A stretch of 64,000 nt of DNA. Origin: an uncultured virus (IMG/VR IMGVR_UViG_3300042888_001691). Its lineage: Duplodnaviria; Heunggongvirae; Uroviricota; Caudoviricetes. A model generated the notes under the pieces. That model saw only the letters and a program-made list of their open reading frames with translations, had not been told where the DNA came from and did no database searches. Position numbers and translations under genes: made by a program. Location of the stretch: IMG/VR virus record IMGVR_UViG_3300042888_001691; one strand, written 5' to 3'. Of the stretch, positions 19,127 through 28,115 are shown one piece after another (within the stretch, counting starts at the first letter, position 1; every line of letters begins with the position of its first letter).

Positions 19127-22100
19127 AGTTTGCAATCTGTCCCAGTATGCGCCAGTTGGTACCATCCAAGCTGATCAAGCTAAAGCTCATGACGTCTGTG
19201 TTGCTGGCTGTGCCTGTGTTTGGTGTGCCACCTGCATACTTGATTGTCTGTATGCCACCACTGTTGATCTGAATGTTGGCCACACGATATGCAGTGGCAT
19301 CTTGATCTACGATCAGTGTGGCACCTGTTACTCTACCTGCTGTGGCCACAACATTGGTAAAGTTCACTGTGACGTTGGCAGTGAGTGTGGCATAGAACGT
19401 TGCACCATTCACAAAGTTACAGGTCAGGTTACCACCTGAGTTGGTGACGTTGCTATAGGTTTCGTAGTAGGCACTTTGCTGTACCACATTGCCAGCAACT
19501 GCAAGATTACCAGCAATGCTGATGGTATTGCCGTATGTGATTTCTTTTGATGTGGTGTTGTAGAACAGGACCTGAGCCACATTGGCCACATCATTTCTGA
19601 CAGGTGCCACAGTGAATGTGTTGGCTGTGGTTGCATTTAGATTAGCACCAGTTGCGTTCAATATAATTGAGCTGTTGGCTTGATTGGTTGTACCGGCACG
19701 GTATCCAACAGCAACAGAGTTAATGCCTTGACTGACCCAACCTGCTTCGCCACCAATGGCCACTGCGCTGTCAGCTTGTGCAACTCTGCCGGAACCAATA
19801 CCAATGGCTACTGCGTAATAGCCTTGATCATTGCCAGCGTTGACGCCCAGTGCAACAGAGCCGACGCCTTGTGCTGTAGCACCTGCACCTGAGCCAAGTG
19901 CCAGTGATGTTAGACTTTGGAAATAGCTGGTCACATTGGCATTACCATATGTACCTGCTACTGTGCTCAATATGTTTACACCGTTGGCAAACAGATAGTT
20001 TGTGGCGCTGACAGTATTGGCACTGATTACATTGGCGCCAGTGATGTTACCATACGCACCTGTTGTGGTAATATTGGCCACTGTGAATGTGCCCGAGGTT
20101 GTTAAATTACCAGCAGTGATATTGCCTGTGGTTGTGATTGTGGCAGTAGTCAAGTATGAGGCCACATTGGTGTTGCTGTATGTTCCAGTTATACCACTAA
20201 AAATACTTGTACCGTTGCTGAATTGGTAGGCGGGACTTCGTATGTGGTCCCCCACTGTGATCACATCCACATTGCCAATCTTTGCTGTGCTTGAAGTAAA
20301 TTCAATATCGCCATCAAAGTTTAGCAGATATGCAGCCACTTCGGCATTGCCATAACTACCTGCCCCTACCGTGCTCAAGATGTTTACACCATTGGCAAAG
20401 TTGAATTGACTGGCATTGATGTTGCCGGCAATGCTGATGGTGTTGCCATATGTGACTTCTTTTGACGTGGTGTTGTAGAACATGACCTGAGCCACATTGG
20501 CCACATCATTTCTAACCGGAGCCACTGTGAATGTGTTGGCTCGGGTTTGATTTAACGTGCCAGTGGTTGCATTGATGATGATTGAGTTGTTGCCTTGATT
20601 GGTGTAGCCAGCATTTCTACCAATGGCCACAGCATAGTCGCCTTGATTGGTTTTACCAGCACCGGCGCCAACGGCCACTGCAATGTTGCCTTGATATTGT
20701 GCACCAGCATCGTTGCCAATGGCCACGCTGTATAATCCTTGATCTAGTGAGCCTGCGCCTTCACCAATGGCCACAGCTGAAGTACCTTGGCTTGTTGCAC
20801 CTGCACCGAGTCCAATACCTACATTTGCACTGGTCAAAGTATTATTGATTGTGTTGATACTGGTGGCTTGCGTGGCTGCATTAGCATTGGCAAAAGTTTG
20901 ATATGCACCAACAGCGGACAGGATGTTTACACCATTGGCCAAGAAAGTAAAATTCTGAGCACTGATGTTACTGAATCCAGTAATGATTGGTGCAGGACTT
21001 GATATAAATGCAGGTACAATGCCCGAGCCCACCTTCAGGTATCCGGTTTGGGGTAATGTTAAATTACCATCTATACCAAACCGCCAACTGTTTCGACCTC
21101 CAATAACAATGGTGAATGTGGCATTTGATGTGCCACTTGTGACTGTAATAAGATCGCCGTTGGTGTATCCAGTACCGGCAGTGGCTATTTCAATAGTGCT
21201 GGCATATCCACCAGTCTCTGCAACATTCACAGTCAGCCCAGATCCTGTGCCGCCTGTCGTGGCCAAGTTGGACATGGGATTAGCTTCCCAACTGCCGGTG
21301 GTGCTGTTGATAATAGCAACATTGGTTGGCACACCGTCGGGAACCTTTATCCCCAACGCCTGGATGGTATCTATATTGCCAGTAGTGTCAAATGTCCAGG
21401 CCGCCTGAGCAGACAAATTTGCAGTAGCGGCTCGTAGTTCTATGTTGCCGCCGTCAACCAACTTGACATAGTGAAAGTCATTGCCTAGATACAGTTCAGT
21501 GGATCCTCCGCCTGCGGTCAAGTGTATGTGATCGCCTTCGGCGACCCCTGTAGGATAAATTAACAATGCTTGGTTAGCATTGGCACCACCTGCGGGCGTG
21601 AGTCGAATAGCACCAGTGAGTCCACCACCTTCTGCAATGACGCCGCCCGCGGGTAGTGTTAGATTACCAGCGTAATCAAAGTTCCATTGCTTAGAGTAGT
21701 AATCGCCTGTGCGTAGAGTTACATTACCACCGTTGTGTGCTATGCCATTATATCCTAATCCACCAGATATTATGGTGTTACCACCCGGTATACTACAGCC
21801 CTGGGTGTGACCTGCGGTGATGTATAAATTGGTTCCTGGACCATTGCCAAATCCGCGATTGGGCTGATTGAGGTTACCTGTGATTGTTAGGTTACCGGCA
21901 GTGATATTGCCCGTATATGTGGGCAGATATGCGGCCACTTGTGTGTTGCCATATGTGCCAGCTACTGTGGATAAAATGTTTACACCATTGGCAAAGTTAA
22001 TGCTACCTGGTATGGTCAGATTACCAGTGTTGCCAAAGGTCCAGGTTTTAGAATCATTTAGAGAATTTGCAACTATTTGTGCATCACCAATGCCGGCAGC

Positions 22101-23588
22101 AAGTTGAACATTTCCGGCCGGAGCATAAAATGCTGAAACATTGGCATCACTGCTGATAGAAAGATTATCAAAATTTATTCGACCAGCGGTTGGTAATGTC
22201 ATGATGCCATCTGCATTCCAATACCACGATTTGATTACTTGGGTACCACTACCGTCGCGATAGCCAATGTCCAAGGTAGCATTATTTTGTGCTACATAGA
22301 AGTTTGAGTTAATGGCCATATCTGGGGCCACGGTTAGATTAGCGTTTTCCCACATCAACTGTGAATATTGATCACTCTGCATAGTGATACTTTCACTAAC
22401 TGGTGCCAAGATTTTTGAGCCTGGGAATTGTGTAGTTCCGGTCTTGCCAAATGTCCATTGTGCAGTATTGCCGGCACTGTCATTGCTGTTGATTACCACA
22501 CCACCAGTATTGGCCAATTTAACATAGTGATTATCGTCGCCTAGGAACAGTTCGGTACCGCTGCCAGCCATCAGATGAACATGATTACCATCCACCGTAG
22601 TAGGTGCTATTTCTAGATACTGTGTGCTGGTACCACCATTGGGTTTTAATCTTATAGCGCCTGCACTTCCATACCCGCTTTCTAAAATAGTTGCGCCCGA
22701 AGGTAAAGTTAGGACAGCATCTGTGCCAAAGGTCCAGGTGTAGCCATTCTTGACAATGTTGGCAGCAATGTTACCTGAGTATGTGGGCAGATAAGAGGCC
22801 ACGTTGGCATTGGCATAAACCTGAGTTTGTAATGTTGTTATCGTGCTGGACTGTGTGGCCGCATTGGAGAACAGGGTGGTGATGTTTGTTGTAGCAGTAC
22901 CCAAGTTGGCATCTAGTGTGGTAATGCGAACATTTGCCGCTGTAACATTGCTGGTAATATTACCCAACCAGGTGACCATGGTTGAACTGAAGCTGCTGCT
23001 GTTACCCAGTGCATTTCCCAATTCCAATAACGTATCCAGCGCTCCAGGTGCCCCTGCAACCAGGGTACCAATGTTGGCACTGAGTGACTGTATTGCGCTA
23101 TTGGCTGCAGTTACATTAGCATTAACAGTACTAATACTGATGGCTTGTGTGGCTGCATTACTAAACAATGTTGTGATGTTTGTTGTTGATGTTCCTAGAT
23201 TAGCATCTAGTGTGCTTATACCGGTGGCTTGTGTGGCTGCATTTGCATTGGCAAACGTTTGATATGCACCAACATTGGCATTGATAGAATTAATACTGGT
23301 GGCTTGTGTGGCTGCATTTGCATTGGCAAAAGTTTGAAATGCGCCGATGTTTGCGCTGGTAATACTTTGTGAAGCCAGATATGCCGCAGTATTGGTATTA
23401 CTGTACGAGCCGATTGCGCCTAACGCAGTTATAGCGTTACCACCAGCAGTTACACCATCGTGTACTCGTAGTGTTTTTAATTGAGTGTCAATGGTTAATT
23501 CACCGCTTACTCCGGTATAATTATTGTTTTGTACAGTATTACCACGTTTCAATAATACTTTAGTTACGTTTACATTGGCTGTTGTCAT
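19119..23588 (-). CDS. Long tail fibre protein with modular internal repeats
   Basis: N-terminal LKRG...YTG..GELTIDT..KTLRVHDGVTAGG attachment domain; Ala/Asn/Thr/Gly-rich repeats; YadA-head-like AVAIG..AG repeats; 1489 aa. Confidence 0.88.
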   Translation of the reverse strand: MTTANVNVTKVLLKRGNTVQNNNYTGVSGELTIDTQLKTLRVHDGVTAGGNAITALGAIGSYSNTNTAAYLASQSITSANIGAFQTFANANAATQATSINSINANVGAYQTFANANAATQATGISTLDANLGTSTTNITTLFSNAATQAISISTVNANVTAANSAIQSLSANIGTLVAGAPGALDTLLELGNALGNSSSFSSTMVTWLGNITSNVTAANVRITTLDANLGTATTNITTLFSNAATQSSTITTLQTQVYANANVASYLPTYSGNIAANIVKNGYTWTFGTDAVLTLPSGATILESGYGSAGAIRLKPNGGTSTQYLEIAPTTVDGNHVHLMAGSGTELFLGDDNHYVKLANTGGVVINSNDSAGNTAQWTFGKTGTTQFPGSKILAPVSESITMQSDQYSQLMWENANLTVAPDMAINSNFYVAQNNATLDIGYRDGSGTQVIKSWYWNADGIMTLPTAGRINFDNLSISSDANVSAFYAPAGNVQLAAGIGDAQIVANSLNDSKTWTFGNTGNLTIPGSINFANGVNILSTVAGTYGNTQVAAYLPTYTGNITAGNLTITGNLNQPNRGFGNGPGTNLYITAGHTQGCSIPGGNTIISGGLGYNGIAHNGGNVTLRTGDYYSKQWNFDYAGNLTLPAGGVIAEGGGLTGAIRLTPAGGANANQALLIYPTGVAEGDHIHLTAGGGSTELYLGNDFHYVKLVDGGNIELRAATANLSAQAAWTFDTTGNIDTIQALGIKVPDGVPTNVAIINSTTGSWEANPMSNLATTGGTGSGLTVNVAETGGYASTIEIATAGTGYTNGDLITVTSGTSNATFTIVIGGRNSWRFGIDGNLTLPQTGYLKVGSGIVPAFISSPAPIITGFSNISAQNFTFLANGVNILSAVGAYQTFANANAATQATSINTINNTLTSANVGIGLGAGATSQGTSAVAIGEGAGSLDQGLYSVAIGNDAGAQYQGNIAVAVGAGAGKTNQGDYAVAIGRNAGYTNQGNNSIIINATTGTLNQTRANTFTVAPVRNDVANVAQVMFYNTTSKEVTYGNTISIAGNINASQFNFANGVNILSTVGAGSYGNAEVAAYLLNFDGDIEFTSSTAKIGNVDVITVGDHIRSPAYQFSNGTSIFSGITGTYSNTNVASYLTTATITTTGNITAGNLTTSGTFTVANITTTGAYGNITGANVISANTVSATNYLFANGVNILSTVAGTYGNANVTSYFQSLTSLALGSGAGATAQGVGSVALGVNAGNDQGYYAVAIGIGSGRVAQADSAVAIGGEAGWVSQGINSVAVGYRAGTTNQANSSIILNATGANLNATTANTFTVAPVRNDVANVAQVLFYNTTSKEITYGNTISIAGNLAVAGNVVQQSAYYETYSNVTNSGGNLTCNFVNGATFYATLTANVTVNFTNVVATAGRVTGATLIVDQDATAYRVANIQINSGGIQTIKYAGGTPNTGTASNTDVMSFSLISLDGTNWRILGQIANYG
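19514..20541. repeat. Intragenic direct repeat, two ~113-bp copies (19514-19626 and 20429-20541)
   Basis: Both encode ANTFTVAPVRNDVANVAQV(L/M)FYNTTSKE(I/V)TYGNTISI; about 9 mismatches by eye. Confidence 0.9.
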
Positions 23589-24079
23589 GGTAATAATCCG
23601 CTGTCAATTACAACTTCGTTCAGTGCAGGTGCAGGTTCCGTTGTTGAATAATATGCGGCACGCACATCTAAATCCAGTGGAACTCCAAAGTTATCATCAA
23701 TGTAGAGTGGACTTTCACTACTGTCGGCTGCTAACACTTTTTTTAGTGTCAGTTTATAAATTCTCTGGTCCAAGCTGTTAACCGTTGCAGTATCAACGAT
23801 AACTGTTCCCTGTCCTTTGGTAATATCTGTAAAAGCAACTGCCAAACTATAGGCAGTGGTTTTATTAACTGGATCTTCTATATTCAATTGAACAGTATAA
23901 CCGGTTAAATTTACTAGCTTCTGATCTTGGTTTTTAACAACAATTTGTAAGGGATTATCGATACCCTGATACACAGTTATTGGGCGACTGTACACGATTC
24001 TGTTCCTTGGTGAGAATACAGCAGGATCCTGAAATTGGACCTCAACTGTATTGGAATATAAATAACATTGAATTTGCAT
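23585..24079 (-). CDS. Putative baseplate/tail accessory protein
   Basis: Start revised to 24079 (MQIQCYLY), 7 nt after TAAATA. ITVYQGIDNPLQIVVKNQDQK beta-rich fold; coupled to the tail fibre gene. Confidence 0.6.
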   Translation of the reverse strand: MQIQCYLYSNTVEVQFQDPAVFSPRNRIVYSRPITVYQGIDNPLQIVVKNQDQKLVNLTGYTVQLNIEDPVNKTTAYSLAVAFTDITKGQGTVIVDTATVNSLDQRIYKLTLKKVLAADSSESPLYIDDNFGVPLDLDVRAAYYSTTEPAPALNEVVIDSGLLP

Positions 24080-24100
24080 TATCTTGTATTTATGGACTAA

Positions 24101-24478
24101 ATGGCCGAACACGACTACACAGAATTATTAAAAAAGTACCCTTTTCTTACTTTCCTGGTATATGGAGGTAACGATTACATCGGGGTCATTCAGAATCTGG
24201 ATGAAGTTATTACCACCATCTACGACTACGGTGCACTGCGTACCGTGGAGCAAAAACAACAGTTCTTGGCGCTGGCAGATACCTGGTGGTGGGAAAGTAA
24301 CAGGCTGATACCCATTAACGTGTTCTTAAAAGCAGAATGGACACCATTTAGAGCTGTGGTCAAAACCATGAACTCAAAAGATGTAGAAATTAAATTTGGG
24401 CCGCAAGTGAGCCTGAAAGAAATTGCTGCCAAACGCAGCAAACGCAGAAGTATTACTCTTGTTCGGAAGCTTGGCTAA
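24101..24478 (+). CDS. Hypothetical phage protein
   Basis: 125-aa ORF divergent from the tail genes, with a basic C-terminus. Confidence 0.7.
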   Translation: MAEHDYTELLKKYPFLTFLVYGGNDYIGVIQNLDEVITTIYDYGALRTVEQKQQFLALADTWWWESNRLIPINVFLKAEWTPFRAVVKTMNSKDVEIKFGPQVSLKEIAAKRSKRRSITLVRKLG

Positions 24479-25040
24479 GCAGGTTAATATTGACCACAAC
24501 CAAATGGCTGTAAGAAATTGCATGTGCTTTTTTGAAGTAATAGCCATCGTCACCGGGCCGTTCCCACACCGTTGCAGCAACATCCTGCCACGATTTACCA
24601 ATTAAATGCCGTTTAGCAGGACGTATTACAGCCAAGAACATGGCCAGTCTTGCAATACTGTTCACCGCCTCAGGCATTTGTATTAGAGTATCGTAGTGTG
24701 CGCCAATATGAATTAGTTTGGCAAAGAATTCCGGGTCATACAGTTTATCCCAGGTTGGTTCCGTGGACATCAGTTGCTGCAGGTGTTGTTCGCTCTTGAC
24801 CTGCTGATATAACCCAACATTTAGTACGTCAACTTTGATGTAACCGTGTTGTTCTGCTGCTTCATAGTCCAAGCTGGATCTTCCGGTGAATGGATCTACA
24901 GGAATATGTGTAAAGTAAACTCCGGTATTGTGCCTGATGTTTTTGTCTTGCTTGATAATAGCGGCTGCAGTGTGCGTGAGCAACGCCAGGGCACTGTCTC
25001 TATTGGCTACATCTATGTCAACGTCTGAGGTAAATTTCAT
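24453..25040 (-). CDS. Miniature DnaE (Pol III alpha)-like protein
   Basis: SDVDID, RHNTGVY, GYIKVDVLN, LAVIRP and YFKKAHAISY occur in the same order as DnaE palm/finger motifs. Confidence 0.8.
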   Translation of the reverse strand: MKFTSDVDIDVANRDSALALLTHTAAAIIKQDKNIRHNTGVYFTHIPVDPFTGRSSLDYEAAEQHGYIKVDVLNVGLYQQVKSEQHLQQLMSTEPTWDKLYDPEFFAKLIHIGAHYDTLIQMPEAVNSIARLAMFLAVIRPAKRHLIGKSWQDVAATVWERPGDDGYYFKKAHAISYSHLVVVNINLLSQASEQE

Positions 25041-25732
25041 AGTCCTGCTGCCTTTAAAACGTGTTTACACCATTCTGCATCAGCCACGTAATCGCAAAAT
25101 TTGTGATTCCAATGATCAGGATCAATCCAAGGCATAACCATAGCCAGATGCTCCGGACCAAGATTTCCAAGAAACTCGCGACCACTAGCACAATTAAAAA
25201 CAACCCAAGGACTAATCCTACCGGTACAAATATGGTAACAAACACGATTAGCGTTACCGTACAAAAAGTAATGGCTAAAATCAGCAATGCCGCTAGTTCC
25301 AACATAATCTTGCATCTCCTGTAAAGCACGTTCCAGTGCATCTTGTGGTGATTCTTTTCTAAGATATTCTAGTAGCCACTCTTCGTAGAATGTATCTTTG
25401 CACCAGAAATCTATCTTTTTGTTGTTCTTCAGGAGCCATGTAGTAAAACTGTTGCTATTGATAGCCCTAACAGCAACCAGATGTCGGCCGTAACGAACGA
25501 AAGCATTATAATAAGGACTGTTGACAAAATCTTCATAACTTTTCAGCCGTGCGCTGCCCTGTGTGGTTTCGTAGAATTGTAAATAGGCTCTTAGTCCAAA
25601 CTGAACTCCTGTTTCAGTTTCCTGTTGCCATCTGCGCTTGGGTTCGCAAAGATGCACACTGAGTGAACTTTCTTTGCGAAACTCCTTGTCGCAATAACGA
25701 CATTTATAGCTCGGCTTTGATTCGCTTGTCAT
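25037..25732 (-). CDS. Hypothetical protein with N-terminal zinc finger
   Basis: YKCRYCDKEFRKESSLSVHLC; start placed at MTSESK (uncertain). Confidence 0.7.
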   Translation of the reverse strand: MTSESKPSYKCRYCDKEFRKESSLSVHLCEPKRRWQQETETGVQFGLRAYLQFYETTQGSARLKSYEDFVNSPYYNAFVRYGRHLVAVRAINSNSFTTWLLKNNKKIDFWCKDTFYEEWLLEYLRKESPQDALERALQEMQDYVGTSGIADFSHYFLYGNANRVCYHICTGRISPWVVFNCASGREFLGNLGPEHLAMVMPWIDPDHWNHKFCDYVADAEWCKHVLKAAGL

Positions 25733-26168
25733 CCCACCCATGCTCCCGAGCCAGTTGTTTTAGTTCTGCTGTGCTGTTTATCTGTGCCAACAACTCAAGT
25801 TCATCTTGTTTGTACGCAGGATAAATTTGTCTAAGAAACTTCACTGCCTTGCTGTTGTTGCCATCACGTTTCTTTTGCTTGATCCAGTCGTGTCTGAACG
25901 TGCCCATTCCTGGACTCACTGTGGTAGCCGATAACCATTGCAGTTCTGGGTGGCGGCTGAGATCGAAGAAATGCTTGTTTAAGTTTTCGTTGCAACTCAG
26001 CAGGTAATAAGCCTGCAGGTCTGCGCTGCCTTGTACACTGCTGCTCCAGCGTATCATCAAGAACGTGCTGAATTTTTTGCGCTCTTCGTCAGTAAGCTCA
26101 CGATAAAACTGCCGATTCTTGGTATCAAGCTGTTGTAGTTCATTGCTGATGTTTAGTTTATCGCTCAT
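25704..26168 (-). CDS. Putative clamp-loader small subunit (T4 gp62-like)
   Basis: KKFSTFLMIRWSS...N.NLN...HPELQW...WIK pattern. Confidence 0.6.
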   Translation of the reverse strand: MSDKLNISNELQQLDTKNRQFYRELTDEERKKFSTFLMIRWSSSVQGSADLQAYYLLSCNENLNKHFFDLSRHPELQWLSATTVSPGMGTFRHDWIKQKKRDGNNSKAVKFLRQIYPAYKQDELELLAQINSTAELKQLAREHGWDDKRIKAEL

Positions 26169-26443
26169 ACTGGATGGTGTTGTACTGATTCATGTTGTCG
26201 ACCTAGTTGGTATATAACTATAACACGATCCAGTGCATCTTGCAAGCCAGGATTATACCTGGCTGCTTGTCGAATGTCGTGCCATAATTGGTCTTGGAGA
26301 ATTTGTTCTCGTGTACTTGAAGCGTCTCTACCTACTTCAAATCTGGTGTCTGGAGGATCACCCAGCTTTCTTGCATAAGTTACCCCATCGGCCTTTTCAT
26401 AAATGTAAGTTGCTCCGGGTTCTAATTTACCAACATTTTCCAT
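26165..26443 (-). CDS. Hypothetical protein
   Basis: 92-aa ORF coupled to its neighbours. Confidence 0.65.
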   Translation of the reverse strand: MENVGKLEPGATYIYEKADGVTYARKLGDPPDTRFEVGRDASSTREQILQDQLWHDIRQAARYNPGLQDALDRVIVIYQLGRQHESVQHHPV

Positions 26444-26930
26444 AATCTACTATCTCACTTTGTCTTGATATGTCTTTGACGAAATACGCACACAGAGGTT
26501 TTTCAGTTCCGGTTTCTAATGGTATTGCCAACAGTTGCCCGGGCTTGAGTTTGGGGAAATACCATTTGACGTCTTGATAGATATCCACAATTTCAATGGT
26601 GGCAAACTCGGGCCTGAAACTGCTGAGAGGATTAAAACAAAACACACTGAAACCTCTGTCGTTAATGCTGGTTAGCGGCACAACTTCTAGATCGCCTAGA
26701 TCAGGTTCGCCAATCAACACATGCCAGTCCACCGGCATCTTGATCTGGTTGTTGCCAATCTTCAACACCAGTGCCGGACTGTTGAAACTTTCTAAAAAGA
26801 TTAACGGAATGTAAAAATAATCTGGAGTTCTAGGATCGCTATTATCCAACACAGCAAAACGCAAATCTTCTACTTCATCAGGTATATCGTTTAGCTCGTA
26901 GGCTGTGTTTTCTAGCGTTAGGATTCTCAT
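26427..26930 (-). CDS. Hypothetical beta-rich protein (possible degenerate Hint fold)
   Basis: 167-aa ORF; hydrophobic pattern resembles Hint domains but lacks catalytic residues. Confidence 0.65.
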   Translation of the reverse strand: MRILTLENTAYELNDIPDEVEDLRFAVLDNSDPRTPDYFYIPLIFLESFNSPALVLKIGNNQIKMPVDWHVLIGEPDLGDLEVVPLTSINDRGFSVFCFNPLSSFRPEFATIEIVDIYQDVKWYFPKLKPGQLLAIPLETGTEKPLCAYFVKDISRQSEIVDYGKCW

Positions 26931-26974
26931 TTTAACTTTCTTGTTTGTTTCATCTTACTTCTGTTACTATGCCG

Positions 26975-27139
26975 TTAAAGTTTGTCACATATGTAGTGTC
27001 TGTTAATTCGCAGTCAGGCGCCATATAAATAAGCTTCATTGCATGTGGGTGCTATCAGGTATAGATTTATATAATTAAATATTGTACATCCTTGCTTATC
27101 AATGTATGCCAACAAATCTAGTACATATAGTTCTTCTTT
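26975..27139 (-). pseudogene. Degenerate 3' fragment of a paralog of gene 27146..27931
   Basis: Reads KEELYVLDLLAYIDKQGCTIFNYI...NEAYLYGA*LRINR; compare VNDMLEYLDKTDVSILDLV...IEYYLYSAWLAKTN. TGA at 27014-27016 aligns with Trp; no start codon. Confidence 0.6.
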
Positions 27140-27145
27140 TTAAAA

Positions 27146-27931
27146 TTATCTACCGTAGACTATATATTTGTCTGGTCTATCATCAGACCAGGTGTCTGAT
27201 AATAGATCAAGATTATTAGTTTTTGCTAGCCAGGCGCTATAAAGATAGTATTCTATTGTTTTACCTGTGCCCGGGTCTGGTCTATAGCTCTGCGTTAAAT
27301 TATAACCTACTAGGTCTAAAATACTTACATCTGTTTTGTCTAAGTATTCTAGCATGTCATTTACAAGTTTTGTAATTAAAATAGCAGGTGTTTCTGGCCG
27401 CAGGGTGCGGTCTATATAATCCCATGGGTTTAAATCAAAAAATTTATATGCATTTATCCAATAAAACAAGTAGCTTACATCGTCGTCAAAATCTGGAACG
27501 TTATTTTTAAATTTGTCAAATCTGGACATCGCTCTGTTATCTTTGATCATTGCCAAGATATCATAAGATTCTATAAAATAATCTTTACTGCACAAATGTA
27601 GATAGTAATCAGTTGGTATAAGATTGGCGCAGGCTAGTGTTAACATTATTTGACTTACCCAGCCGTCGTAGTTATGCCTTGGTCCAAATCTGTTGTCAAT
27701 TCTCAGTGGAGCTACCATTCTTGGAATTTCTTCCCAGTGATAGATTTTAACCAAGGGGTAATATGAAACTATTTTTTGCAATCGCTCTAAATAATTTATA
27801 TCATCATTTAAAATAATGTAATGATAAAATTTTGTTACACTATATTTTTCAATTGATTCCAATAACCTAGGAATTAAATAAAAGTCTTGTTTGCACGTTA
27901 CAGTTAAACCAGTAACTTGACTGTTACTCAT
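27146..27931 (-). CDS. Glycosyltransferase-like hypothetical protein (DUF6492-like)
   Basis: TVTC..D, GWVSQ..L and TIEYYLY pattern; AT-rich gene. Confidence 0.5.
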   Translation of the reverse strand: MSNSQVTGLTVTCKQDFYLIPRLLESIEKYSVTKFYHYIILNDDINYLERLQKIVSYYPLVKIYHWEEIPRMVAPLRIDNRFGPRHNYDGWVSQIMLTLACANLIPTDYYLHLCSKDYFIESYDILAMIKDNRAMSRFDKFKNNVPDFDDDVSYLFYWINAYKFFDLNPWDYIDRTLRPETPAILITKLVNDMLEYLDKTDVSILDLVGYNLTQSYRPDPGTGKTIEYYLYSAWLAKTNNLDLLSDTWSDDRPDKYIVYGR

Positions 27932-28115
27932 TGTGTAAATCCTGCCATTTTAATAAAAACATTGTGAGTTCGGCCTGATTTTTAAAACTCAAATGTTTCC
28001 AGTTTACTTGCTTGCCGCATCCTGTTTGTTGACACCAAACAGCCAATTGACATATGTCTTGGTCAACTTGCACCCAGGTAATGCCGTTGCCTCTGTCTAT
28101 TATTTTAAAACTCAT
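27924..28115 (-). CDS. Small hypothetical protein
   Basis: Likely start MSFKIIDRG overlapping the UvsW stop; ends LTMFLLKW. Confidence 0.55.
   Translation of the reverse strand: MSFKIIDRGNGITWVQVDQDICQLAVWCQQTGCGKQVNWKHLSFKNQAELTMFLLKWQDLHNE

Noticed and set aside
19514..20541. Diversity-generating retroelement TR/VR pair (Mtd-like N-terminus plus near-identical repeats)
   Set aside because: Both copies lie inside one ORF, mismatches are mostly synonymous and not adenine-specific, and no reverse transcriptase is in the window.
27014..27016. UGA-to-Trp recoding
   Set aside because: TGA is a normal stop in many ATGA overlaps and core genes are intact in the standard code; a nonsense mutation in a remnant is simpler.
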